Translations under genes and position numbers: made by a program | Source of the DNA: Candidatus Binataceae bacterium | GTDB lineage: Bacteria > Desulfobacterota > Binatia > Binatales > Binataceae | DNA: 64,000 nucleotides | Assembly: GCA_035524375.1 (NCBI GenBank) | Contig: DATKOZ010000033.1 | Span: 26,842-90,841 of the forward strand | Direction: 5' to 3' | Notes under the pieces: model-generated | Database searches by the model: none | Told to the model about the DNA's origin: nothing | The model's input: only the letters and a program-made list of their open reading frames with translations | Shown here: positions 9,236-17,419 of the stretch, in pieces | How positions within the stretch are numbered: the first letter of the stretch is position 1 | Layout: the number at the start of each line of letters is the position of its first letter

Positions 9236-10567
9236 TCAGTCCGCTGCCGCGGTTGCAACCGGACCACGGCTTACTTCCTGGTAGATTAGGAACAGGAACA
9301 GCACCGCAAGGACGCTGTACATCCCAGCGAAACCGATCAGAGTAAACAGGACGTTGCCCTCCGATACATGCGGCGAGGCGGCCTGCTCCGTGCGCATCAG
9401 TCCATAGATGACCCACGGCTGGCGGCCAAGTTCCGCCGTCATCCAGCCGAAGGTTGTCGCAAGGTATGGAAACGGCGCCATCAACATTAGCCCCCACAAA
9501 AGCAGCCGCGACTCGAACAGCCATCCGCGCCACAGTGCGAACAGGGCGAACCCCAGCACCGCGATAAACATCGTCCCAAGCCCCACCATGTTGTGGTAGG
9601 CATAGTAGAGCAATGGAACATTGTCGGGCCATTGCTGGCGTGGGAATGTGTCGAGTCCCTTGACCTCCGCATTCCAACGCCGATAAGTCAAAATGCTCAG
9701 GACGTCGGGAACCTCAAGCGGATTATCGAGCGTCTGAGTCTGCATATCCGGCTGCCCGAGGATCGTAAGCGACGCGCCGTCTTCGGTATGAAACAGCCCT
9801 TCCATCGCGGCGAAGGAAGCCGGCTGATAGCGGACGACATTGCGGCCTTGCCCATCGCCCAGCGGATACATCATCAGGCACGACGCGATCGCGCCAGCAA
9901 TAACGCCGGTCCGCAGAAAAATCTTCGCCTGAACCTGATGGCGTCCGTCCAGGAGATAAAATGCGCCGGCGGCACTCATCGCGGTGCTTCCGGTAACGAC
10001 GGCGGCGCACATGTTATGCGGGTACTGCCAGAACAGCCACGGATTCGTCAGTAGGCTCCAAAAACTCTCCAACTCAATTGCGCCATCGGGCATGACGCGA
10101 TAGCCGACGGGATGCTGCATCCATGCATTGGTCGCGATGATGAAGAAACCCGACATCCACGAGCCTGCAAACACGAGAAATGCGGCCGCCCAATGAAGTC
10201 GGGGTCCGAGGCGCTTCTCGCCAAACAAAAATAGCCCTAAGAAACTGGACTCGAGAAAGAACGAAAATACGCCTTCCATCGCGAGCGTCTGCCCGATAAC
10301 GCCGCCCGATCTTTTGGAAAATGCCGCCCAGTTCGTCCCAAACTGAAACTCCATCGGGATGCCGGTGACGACACCTATCGCGAAATTAATCGCGAAGATG
10401 CGCGCCCAGAATCGCGCCGCCTGGTTGTATTTGTCGTCGCCGGTTCGGAGCGCGGCGGTTTTGAGGATCACGATAAGCAGCGCGAGGCCCATCGTGAGTT
10501 GCGGAAAGATGTAATGAAAAACGGCAGTGAAGCCGAAGAGAATGCGATCCGCCGTCAGTGCGTCCAT
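9236..10567 (-). CDS. cydA: Cytochrome bd ubiquinol oxidase subunit I
   Basis: 443-aa ORF MDALTADRILFGFTAVFHYIFPQLTMGLALLIV... with the CydA N-terminal heme-binding region and Q-loop. cydB starts 12 nt after its stop. Confidence 0.9.
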   Translation of the reverse strand: MDALTADRILFGFTAVFHYIFPQLTMGLALLIVILKTAALRTGDDKYNQAARFWARIFAINFAIGVVTGIPMEFQFGTNWAAFSKRSGGVIGQTLAMEGVFSFFLESSFLGLFLFGEKRLGPRLHWAAAFLVFAGSWMSGFFIIATNAWMQHPVGYRVMPDGAIELESFWSLLTNPWLFWQYPHNMCAAVVTGSTAMSAAGAFYLLDGRHQVQAKIFLRTGVIAGAIASCLMMYPLGDGQGRNVVRYQPASFAAMEGLFHTEDGASLTILGQPDMQTQTLDNPLEVPDVLSILTYRRWNAEVKGLDTFPRQQWPDNVPLLYYAYHNMVGLGTMFIAVLGFALFALWRGWLFESRLLLWGLMLMAPFPYLATTFGWMTAELGRQPWVIYGLMRTEQAASPHVSEGNVLFTLIGFAGMYSVLAVLFLFLIYQEVSRGPVATAAAD

Positions 10568-10592
10568 GCGGTGATCCCCGGGTGTGCGCCGC

Positions 10593-12884
10593 TTATTCCC
10601 TCTGGTCCGGAACCATTCTTACTTTGCCGGGTTTTGGGGAGCGCGTCCCCCGCCCTGCCGCGCCGGCCGCCGCACCGGTGGCGGCACCGGCTCCCTTGCG
10701 GCCGCGAGTCTTGATCAGGGGAGCGACGTCGTCGCCGAGGCCTTTGATCTTGTGCGCTTCAAGGCGGCCGCGCGCCGATTCGCTGGCGTGGCGATGGGCC
10801 GAGCCGGGAGGAGTCGAAGCCTTCGCGGCGCGCCGCTGCTCCGCCTCTTGGGCGGCCGTATCCATGCCAAATACCTTGCGCTCCAGCCGTTTAATTTTGT
10901 CGCGCAGCTCCGCCGCCCGTTCGTAATCAAGCGCCTCTGCCGCTTCCATCATCTCGCGCCGGAGATCCGTAATTCGATCCGGCAGATCGTGCGCGGGAAT
11001 CGCCTCTTCGTCCTTGGCCGGCTTGCCATCGACTTCGGGCACGATCGCCCATTCGGGCGAATACATTTCGACCAGGGACGCATCGATCGCTTTGACGATC
11101 GATTTCGGTGTTATCCCATGCTCGCGGTTGTATGCCAGCTGCTTGGCGCGCCGGCGGTTGGTTTCATCGATTGCCTGCTTCATCGAGCCGGTAACGGCAT
11201 CCGCATACATGATGACGCGGCCGTTGACGTTGCGGGCCGCACGCCCGATTGTCTGAATCAGCGAACGAGCCGATCTCAGGTAGCCCTCCTTGTCGGCATC
11301 GAGAATCGCAACCAGTGAAACTTCGGGCAGGTCCAGTCCTTCGCGCAAAAGATTGATTCCCACGAGCACGTCGAACTCGCCGCCGCGCAGGCTGCGGATA
11401 ATCTCGACGCGTTCGATAGTCTCGATGTCCGAATGGAGGTAGCGGACGCGCACGCCCAGGTCGTGGTAGTAGTCGGTCAGGTCCTCGGCCATCTTTTTGG
11501 TCAGGCAAGTGACGAGCACGCGCTCGGAGGCGGCGACCCGCTTGCGGATTTCTTCGAGGAGATCGTCGACCTGCGTTCCGGCCTTGCGGACTTCGATCTC
11601 CGGATCGATCAGGCCGGTTGGGCGAATCAGCTGTTCGACGACCAGCCCCTCGGATTTTTTCAGTTCGTAATCGCCGGGTGTTGCCGAGACGTACACGGCC
11701 TGGTTCACGTGCTGTTCCCATTCCTCGAAATTCAGCGGGCGATTATCCAGTGCCGAAGGCAATCGAAACCCAAAATCGACGAGCACCTGCTTGCGCGATC
11801 TGTCGCCGCGATACATCCCGCCCACCTGCGGAATCGTCACGTGGCTTTCGTCGATGAAGAACAGCGACTCCTTTGGGAAATAATCCAGCAGCGTTGGGGG
11901 AGCCTGCCCCGGCGCGCGGCCCGTCAAATGCCGTGAATAGTTTTCGATTCCGGTGCAGAAGCCCATCTCGGCCAGCAACTCAAGGTCGTACATCGTACGT
12001 TGTTCCAGGCGCTGTGCCTCGACTAGGCGGTTATCCTTGCGAAAGAATTCGAGCCGCTCCTTAAGTTCGGCGCGGATGTTTCGCACTGCGGTTTCCATCC
12101 GATCGGAGGTCGTCACATAGTGCGAGGCCGGGTAGATCGCGATGCTCTTCAAGCGGCGCAGCGACTTTCCCCGCAACGCATCGATTTCATGGATTGCCTC
12201 GACCTGGTCGCCGAAAAATTCGATCCGCACCGCCGCGCGCTCTTCGTAGGCGGGAAAAATTTCAATTGTGTCGCCGCGCACGCGGAAAGTGCCACGATGA
12301 AAATCGTAATCGTTGCGCTGGTAGTGGATGTCCACCAGCTTGCGCAGCACCCGATCTCGTTCGATCGTCTGGCCTTCCTCCAGAAACACCAGCATCTCGA
12401 AGTACACTTCCGGCTCGCCCAAGCCGTAGATGCAAGAAACCGACGCGACGATCAGGACATCGTTGCGCTCGAGCAACGCCTTGGTAGCGGAATGGCGCAG
12501 CTTGTCGATCTCGTCATTGATGCTGGAATCTTTCTCGATGTAGGTATCCGTTGACGGGACGTACGCCTCCGGCTGGTAGTAGTCGTAGTACGAGACGAAG
12601 TACCGGACCGCATTTTCGGGAAACAAGCTCTTGAACTCGTTGTAAAGCTGCGCTGCGAGCGTCTTGTTCGGCGCCATCACCAGCGCAGGCCGATTTATCT
12701 GCGCGATGACATTAGCCATCGTAAAGGTTTTTCCGGAACCGGTGACACCCAACAGCACCTGATGCGGCACTGCGGCCCGAACGTTCTTTACGATCGCTTC
12801 GATAGCGGCGGGCTGGTCACCCTCGGGCTGATAGCCCGATACCAGTTGAAAGGTTCCACCCCTGCCGCGCGATTGTGACAGCAT
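10593..12884 (-). CDS. uvrB: Excinuclease ABC subunit B with an ~85-aa basic Ala/Gly/Lys-rich C-terminal extension
   Basis: Helicase motifs ([12 protein letters not shown]), a beta-hairpin region, the UVR domain ([22 protein letters not shown]), then a tail ...[39 protein letters not shown]. Confidence 0.9.
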   Translation of the reverse strand: MLSQSRGRGGTFQLVSGYQPEGDQPAAIEAIVKNVRAAVPHQVLLGVTGSGKTFTMANVIAQINRPALVMAPNKTLAAQLYNEFKSLFPENAVRYFVSYYDYYQPEAYVPSTDTYIEKDSSINDEIDKLRHSATKALLERNDVLIVASVSCIYGLGEPEVYFEMLVFLEEGQTIERDRVLRKLVDIHYQRNDYDFHRGTFRVRGDTIEIFPAYEERAAVRIEFFGDQVEAIHEIDALRGKSLRRLKSIAIYPASHYVTTSDRMETAVRNIRAELKERLEFFRKDNRLVEAQRLEQRTMYDLELLAEMGFCTGIENYSRHLTGRAPGQAPPTLLDYFPKESLFFIDESHVTIPQVGGMYRGDRSRKQVLVDFGFRLPSALDNRPLNFEEWEQHVNQAVYVSATPGDYELKKSEGLVVEQLIRPTGLIDPEIEVRKAGTQVDDLLEEIRKRVAASERVLVTCLTKKMAEDLTDYYHDLGVRVRYLHSDIETIERVEIIRSLRGGEFDVLVGINLLREGLDLPEVSLVAILDADKEGYLRSARSLIQTIGRAARNVNGRVIMYADAVTGSMKQAIDETNRRRAKQLAYNREHGITPKSIVKAIDASLVEMYSPEWAIVPEVDGKPAKDEEAIPAHDLPDRITDLRREMMEAAEALDYERAAELRDKIKRLERKVFGMDTAAQEAEQRRAAKASTPPGSAHRHASESARGRLEAHKIKGLGDDVAPLIKTRGRKGAGAATGAAAGAAGRGTRSPKPGKVRMVPDQRE

Positions 12885-13140
12885 GATTAAAGCCCCACTC
12901 TAGCAGGGTTTTCAGTCCGTTCCGAATTGGCGCGTATCCCAAATCGTCTAATCCCCAGGACAGAATGAGGAGCCGCATATGGAAAACGAACGAAAAATGC
13001 CCAGTAGAACAGGCCTCAAGAATGCAATAGATTGCGTGGTAGCGATGGCATGCGGGTTGCTGTGGTGGGTAGGTGTAAGAGCAGCCTCGGATGCGACTGC
13101 GGATCGGCGGATTTAGGCGGGGAAGAGTCGGGATCGGGAT

Positions 13141-13620
13141 ATGAAAATCGCGCGGGTTATGGCGGCGTCGGCGGTAATCGCATCCGCGATGACGGCAACT
13201 TCTCTGGCGCAAGAAATCCCATTGAAACCAGCGGCCGCTACTCCGGCCAGCAGTCCATCGTCGCCGGCTGTGCCAAAGGTCACCCATCGCGAGCGCGAGG
13301 AATACAAGCGATTTCTTCGCCGCCGCCCAAAGTTGAAAGCAGAACTGGAAAGGAACCCAAACCTGATCTACGACAAAGATTTTCTGCTAAAGAACCAGGA
13401 TTTCAGCGATTTCCTCGACGCACATCCAAACTTCAGAAAGGGCGTGCAACCGGGAACGGAATCGAGTTCTTCGACGGTGAACGAGCGCGAACAGCGCCGA
13501 CGGGAGAGAATCAAGCGGCGCGAAAAGCAGCTTTCCAACATGACCAAATCACATCACGAACAACCGCCACCAGCTTCGCCGGCTTCCGCCAGCGAACCCG
13601 CCCCCGTGCCGACGCACTAG
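13141..13620 (+). CDS. Secreted protein, paralog 1 of a small 'HP/NP-repeat' family (uncharacterised)
   Basis: Signal peptide MKIARVMAASAVIASAMTATSLAQE, then the module EYKRFLRRRPKLKAELERNPNLIYDKDFLLKNQDFSDFLDAHPNFRKG, then a charged low-complexity tail. It shares the module with the ORFs at 13642, 14349 and 62934. Confidence 0.7.
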   Translation: MKIARVMAASAVIASAMTATSLAQEIPLKPAAATPASSPSSPAVPKVTHREREEYKRFLRRRPKLKAELERNPNLIYDKDFLLKNQDFSDFLDAHPNFRKGVQPGTESSSSTVNEREQRRRERIKRREKQLSNMTKSHHEQPPPASPASASEPAPVPTH

Positions 13621-13641
13621 CAGACCGACTGGAATGCGCAA

Positions 13642-14238
13642 TTGAGAAATCGCTGCCTTCAATCCATCGTCGCCGGCGCAATACTATCGTTGTCGCTGAC
13701 ACCGCCTGCGCATGCACAGGGTGCGCCGCCGGGTTTCGGCATCCTCATGCGTGCGCAAAAACTTCATATGCTGCACATGGTTCCGGTACCTGAGCCGGTG
13801 GATCCCTTTCAAAAATATTACAACGAGCATCCGGATTTCGGAAAAGAGCTTCAGGAATTTGTCATTACATACAAAAAGACCAATCCAAAATCATACGATC
13901 AAGCGCAGAACAAATATTTGCTGCTCAATCCAAAGTGGCGAGCGCGCCAACCACGGGAGCTAAACGAGTTTCTGCAACGCCACCCCGACGCCTGGAAGGC
14001 CGCACTCTCCGCAGTGCAGTACTACTGGACCCCAGAGTTCTCAAAGTTTATGGATGACAAGCCGAAGCTGGCAGCGGAACTGAGGAACAACCCTGAATTG
14101 ATGTACGACGACAAATGGCTCGCAAAAAACCCCAAAGTCAAAGCATTTCTGCGTACGCATCGAGACGTGCTTTGCGACGTTTATTCATCGCCCCACTTCT
14201 CAGGCGCCAAAGCTGCGGATTCGATGCGAGCGCATTGA
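13642..14238 (+). CDS. Secreted protein, paralog 2 of the HP/NP-repeat family
   Basis: TTG start at 13642 (no in-frame ATG upstream). Signal peptide MRNRCLQSIVAGAILSLSLTPPAHAQ. Modules: YNEHPDFGKELQEF, LNEFLQRHPDAWKAAL, FMDDKPKLAAELRNNPELMYDDKWLAKNPKVKAFLRTHRDVL. Confidence 0.7.
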   Translation: MRNRCLQSIVAGAILSLSLTPPAHAQGAPPGFGILMRAQKLHMLHMVPVPEPVDPFQKYYNEHPDFGKELQEFVITYKKTNPKSYDQAQNKYLLLNPKWRARQPRELNEFLQRHPDAWKAALSAVQYYWTPEFSKFMDDKPKLAAELRNNPELMYDDKWLAKNPKVKAFLRTHRDVLCDVYSSPHFSGAKAADSMRAH

Positions 14239-14348
14239 CCGAGCGTGTATCAGGAGAATTTGTGTTACGTAATAACGGATAACTACCGAGCGGAACGCAC
14301 AATTCATCGCGTCGCCCGGCCAAACAGGAGGCCCAGCGGGAAAAACTT

Positions 14349-15077
14349 ATGAAACGAGGCAAACTTTTCGCAATCATCGCGATTTTGCTTTTGGCAACCA
14401 CGGCGCCGGCAATGGCTCAATACCCGGCTCCACACGGAGGATATTCTTCGATTCCATATTTCGCGAATTTGCCGGAAAGCAAAGATTTCCGGATGTTCGC
14501 GGAGCAGCATCCCGACATGCTTCAGCAATTGCAGAGCAAGCCGGGTGAAATTTTCAATCCCAATTGGCGATCACAGCATCCCTACTTGGAGCAATATTTC
14601 CAGAATCATCCGCAGACTTGGTATGCAATTCGCAACCAAGCGCCAAATTATTGGGATCCGAATTTCCGCAATTTCATGAATGGCCAGAAGAAGGCGGGCG
14701 CTGAGCTACTTGCCAATCCCGACCTAATCTATAATCGGGCTTGGATTTCGAGCCATCCCCGGGTTGCGGAATATTTGAAGACTCACCCTCAAGTGTTACG
14801 CACCATCGAAGTTAAGGCCGGCCGGCCTGAATATCCCATCCCTCCTTCAGCTCCTCATGGCTGGGGTGACTATGACGATCATCATGAATGGCACGACTAC
14901 GGCTGGTGGCAGGAGCATCATCCCAATTGGGCACGCAAGCATCATCCTGAGTGGTATGCCAACAAAGAGGCAATTGAGGAGCATCACCACGAGATGCAGC
15001 AGGAACACCATCACGATCATGGGCACGACAATGATCATCACGATCATCATGGCGACCATGGGCACGATCACCACTAA
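14349..15077 (+). CDS. Secreted protein, paralog 3 of the HP/NP-repeat family, with an extreme His-rich C-terminal tail (putative metal binding)
   Basis: Signal peptide MKRGKLFAIIAILLLATTAPAMAQ. Modules: FAEQHPDMLQQLQSKPGEIFNPNWRSQHPYLEQYFQNHPQ and FMNGQKKAGAELLANPDLIYNRAWISSHPRVAEYLKTHPQVL. Tail: HHEWHDYGWWQEHHPNWARKHHPEWY...EEHHHEMQQEHHHDHGHDNDHHDHHGDHGHDHH. Confidence 0.75.
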   Translation: MKRGKLFAIIAILLLATTAPAMAQYPAPHGGYSSIPYFANLPESKDFRMFAEQHPDMLQQLQSKPGEIFNPNWRSQHPYLEQYFQNHPQTWYAIRNQAPNYWDPNFRNFMNGQKKAGAELLANPDLIYNRAWISSHPRVAEYLKTHPQVLRTIEVKAGRPEYPIPPSAPHGWGDYDDHHEWHDYGWWQEHHPNWARKHHPEWYANKEAIEEHHHEMQQEHHHDHGHDNDHHDHHGDHGHDHH

Positions 15078-15090
15078 TAAATGAGCTCCG

Positions 15091-15124
15091 TCCGGCGGGG
15101 ATACTAAAGCGGGCCCCCGCCGGA
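15091..15124 (+). terminator. GC-rich hairpin downstream of the 14349..15077 gene (10-bp perfect stem TCCGGCGGGG / CCCCGCCGGA); no U-tract
   Basis: Inverted repeat read directly from the sequence, 14 nt after the stop. Factor-independent terminators without U-tracts are common in high-GC genomes. Confidence 0.4.
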
Positions 15125-15219
15125 CAAGCGGCAGTCGGAAGACTGAACCTCAACCTGGGCCAGTAATTCGCTGCAGGATAACCATCACGAAACAAGTTCG
15201 TAACTTTCCCCGGGGCCTG

Positions 15220-15249
15220 TTGCTTTTTACCGCCTGATATCACTATATT
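15220..15249 (+). promoter_or_regulatory. Candidate sigma70-like promoter for the OmpA-like gene (TTGCTT, 18-nt spacer, TATATT)
   Basis: Hexamers at 15220-15225 and 15244-15249. An RBS (GAGGAG, 6-nt spacer) precedes ATG 15343. Confidence 0.3.
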
Positions 15250-15342
15250 TCCCGGTCAATATGGACCTTTGGCGGCCTGCCAGCGTAACAGTGGAGCCGG
15301 CCAGGGTTGGGCGAAAACTTGCATGTGGTGAGGAGCAGCTTG

Positions 15343-16047
15343 ATGAAAGGAAAGCCGGGATTGGCCAAATCGATAGCCGCGATTGCGGGTGCCGCCCTTT
15401 TAACGGGCGGATTGACCGGTTGCGCGTCGATGCGCCAGCCCCGCGAATGGGGCAAATGCACTGTGATGGGCGCACTGGCGGGTGCTGCGGCCGGTGCGGC
15501 CAGTGGCATCGTGATTGCCGACAACGCCCATGGCAGCGGCAGCAGCTCAACCGACGCCCGCGCATTCGGCGGAATCGGCGGCGCAGCGGCAGGCGCCCTA
15601 ATCGGCGGCTTGACCGGACATTTCCTGTGCGACGAAATTATTCCACCACCGCCGCCGCCTCCTCCCCCGCCACCACCACCTCCACCGCCTCCTGCCGAGC
15701 CGGTAAAGCAAAAGCTCGTCCTGCGAGGCATCCATTTCGATTTTAACAAGTACGATATCCGGCCCGGCGATGCTGCTGTGCTAGATGAAGCCGCCGGCAC
15801 CCTCAAGGCTAATCCGACCGTGACGGTGAACGTCAACGGCTACTGCGACGCAATCGGAAGCGTCGAGTACAACCTCAAGTTGTCAGACAAGCGCGCTGGC
15901 GCGGCGGTCGATTACCTTGTAAAACAGGGCATCCCGGCCACTCAGCTGATTCCGCACGGCTTCGGCAAGACCGATTTTGTGGCGACCAATGATACCGACG
16001 AAGGCCGGGCTCAGAACCGGCGCGTAGAGCTGGTACCGGTGCAATAA
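15343..16047 (+). CDS. OmpA-family lipoprotein: lipobox, Gly-zipper region, 19-residue poly-Pro linker, C-terminal OmpA peptidoglycan-binding domain
   Basis: MKGKPGLAKSIAAIAGAALLTGGLTGC (lipobox), Gly-rich stretches (GALAGAAAGAASG, GGIGGAAAGALIGG), PPPPPPPPPPPPPPPPPPP, then the OmpA_C signature NGYCDAIGSVEYNLKLSDKRAGAAVDYL...RAQNRRVEL. Confidence 0.85.
   Translation: MKGKPGLAKSIAAIAGAALLTGGLTGCASMRQPREWGKCTVMGALAGAAAGAASGIVIADNAHGSGSSSTDARAFGGIGGAAAGALIGGLTGHFLCDEIIPPPPPPPPPPPPPPPPPAEPVKQKLVLRGIHFDFNKYDIRPGDAAVLDEAAGTLKANPTVTVNVNGYCDAIGSVEYNLKLSDKRAGAAVDYLVKQGIPATQLIPHGFGKTDFVATNDTDEGRAQNRRVELVPVQ
15644..15693. repeat. Low-complexity CCN trinucleotide tract encoding the poly-Pro linker (poly-Gly on the opposite strand)
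   Basis: ccaccaccgccgccgcctcctcccccgccaccaccacctccaccgcctcct. It explains the spurious 197-aa Gly-rich antisense ORF 15243..15836. Confidence 0.8.
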
Positions 16048-16124
16048 GGCGGGGCGCTTGGTTAAGACCGATTAACGGCGCACCAGAATTCCGCAATAAC
16101 GTGAAGTTGGGAGGGTAAGAGTCA

Positions 16125-16628
16125 ATGTCAAATCAAGGAAAATCAATCATGAAAGGGCTGGGCGGCGGCGCAATGATCGCAGCCCTGCTGTTCGTGTCGG
16201 GATGCGGCTGCACGTTGACGCCGCCGGCACCCCCGCCGGCTCCGGTTGCCGCCGCTGCGCCACCACCACCACCACCGGCCCCGATGCAGCAAAAAATCGT
16301 GCTGCGCGGAGTTCATTTCGATTTCAATATGTGGAACATTCGCCCCGGCGATGCCGCGGTGCTGGACGAAGCCGTACCAACGCTCAAGGCGAATCCCGGC
16401 GTGATGATTCACGTCAATGGCTATTGCGACATCATCGGCTCAGTGGAGGCCAACCAAAAGTTGTCGCAGGCCCGCGCCGGTTCGGTTACGGACTACCTGA
16501 TGAGACAGGGCTTGTATCCCAGCCAGTTCCTGCCTCGCGGCTATGGTAAGACCGACTTCGTCGCGACCAACAAGACCGAGGAAGGCCGCGCCCAGAACCG
16601 CCGGGTCGAGTTGGTACCTATCCAGTAA
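16125..16628 (+). CDS. OmpA-family lipoprotein, tandem paralog (Pro/Ala-rich linker + OmpA_C domain)
   Basis: GGGAGGG RBS 9 nt upstream of ATG 16125. Lipobox LLFVSGC. Linker TPPAPPPAPVAAAAPPPPPPAP. The OmpA_C domain is ~75% identical to that of 15343..16047 (NGYCDIIGSVEANQKLSQARAGSVTDYL...RAQNRRVEL). Confidence 0.85.
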   Translation: MSNQGKSIMKGLGGGAMIAALLFVSGCGCTLTPPAPPPAPVAAAAPPPPPPAPMQQKIVLRGVHFDFNMWNIRPGDAAVLDEAVPTLKANPGVMIHVNGYCDIIGSVEANQKLSQARAGSVTDYLMRQGLYPSQFLPRGYGKTDFVATNKTEEGRAQNRRVELVPIQ

Positions 16629-16648
16629 CACGACCCGAACGGAATGCC

Positions 16649-16692
16649 AGGACGGCCGCAGTCCCTAACAGGGGCTGCGGCCGTTCCATTTC
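16649..16692 (+). terminator. Hairpin downstream of the second OmpA gene (GGACGGCCGCAG ... CTGCGGCCGTTCC) followed by ATTTCG
   Basis: Imperfect 12-13 bp inverted repeat, 20 nt after the stop. Confidence 0.4.
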
Positions 16693-16753
16693 GATGCGGC
16701 CTGACGAAGTTAATGGCTGACACCAAACCTTAAATCTGGTATAAAAAGCGAAC

Positions 16754-17311
16754 ATGTTGCCGGGGAGGTTCATAGCGGCATTCGGTGCCGCCGCACTTGT
16801 AATCGCAATATCGATACCCTCCACTTCCGCTCTCGCTCAGACCGCCGCTTCCGTTAATCCCGACGCTGCGCAACCAGCGGCCCCATCCGCCGCAAAGAAG
16901 ACGCTGCGCCAGCGCGTAAAACAGAAGGTAAAGGCGCTGGTCGAAAGCTTTACCCCGACCCGGGTCGAAATGGACCGCGAGTTCAAAAAGGCCGCTGCGC
17001 TGTTCCCGCACTTTTGCGACCATTGGCAGCAGGATTTGCGCGATCGCGAGACCAACAACCTGTCCCAGCTCACTTTCACAGATAAGGACGGGTACAAGGT
17101 CGCGACCTACACCGGCTACGGAAAGATCGAGTCCTGCGAGGCGCACCAATCGAAGGATGGCTTCGCGATCGGCAAGCTCGCGTACAAGGAATATGTCTAC
17201 TACATCACGGGTAAGAGCCCCGCTGAGGCCCGCCATGCCGCTCCCAAGCCCGTCAGCACAACCTATACGACGGAGATCTTTCGCTGGGACAAGGGCCAAT
17301 GGTTCTACTAG
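16754..17311 (+). CDS. Secreted hypothetical protein (signal peptide; Lys-rich N-terminal region)
   Basis: MLPGRFIAAFGAAALVIAISIPSTSALAQT signal. It is the last gene of the same-strand envelope run and is followed by a strong terminator. Confidence 0.6.
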   Translation: MLPGRFIAAFGAAALVIAISIPSTSALAQTAASVNPDAAQPAAPSAAKKTLRQRVKQKVKALVESFTPTRVEMDREFKKAAALFPHFCDHWQQDLRDRETNNLSQLTFTDKDGYKVATYTGYGKIESCEAHQSKDGFAIGKLAYKEYVYYITGKSPAEARHAAPKPVSTTYTTEIFRWDKGQWFY

Positions 17312-17361
17312 AAGTCGCAGTTCCACCTTTCGCCGGTTTTCAAAGCACGCCGCTTAACTAG

Positions 17362-17403
17362 AAATAAAAACGGGCCGCTGGTGCAACCAGCGGCCCGTTT
17401 TGC
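17362..17403. terminator. Bidirectional intrinsic terminator: AAAAA - CGGGCCGCTGGT - gcaa - CCAGCGGCCCG - TTTTG
   Basis: Perfect 11-12 bp stem with A-run and T-run flanks, lying between the convergent genes 16754..17311 (+) and 17420..18649 (-). Confidence 0.7.
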
Positions 17404-17419
17404 GTGCAACTCTTCCCGC

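Noticed and set aside
9225-9677. Upstream 151 codons of the 497-aa track ORF containing cydB
   Set aside because: It overlaps the 3' part of cydA in another frame. CydB has its canonical N-terminus at the internal ATG (9224).
15243-15836. 197-aa minus-strand ORF with a 22-residue poly-Gly run
   Set aside because: It is the antisense shadow of the OmpA-like gene. The poly-Gly is the reverse complement of the CCN tract coding for poly-Pro, and the plus-strand reading gives a complete lipobox plus OmpA_C domain.
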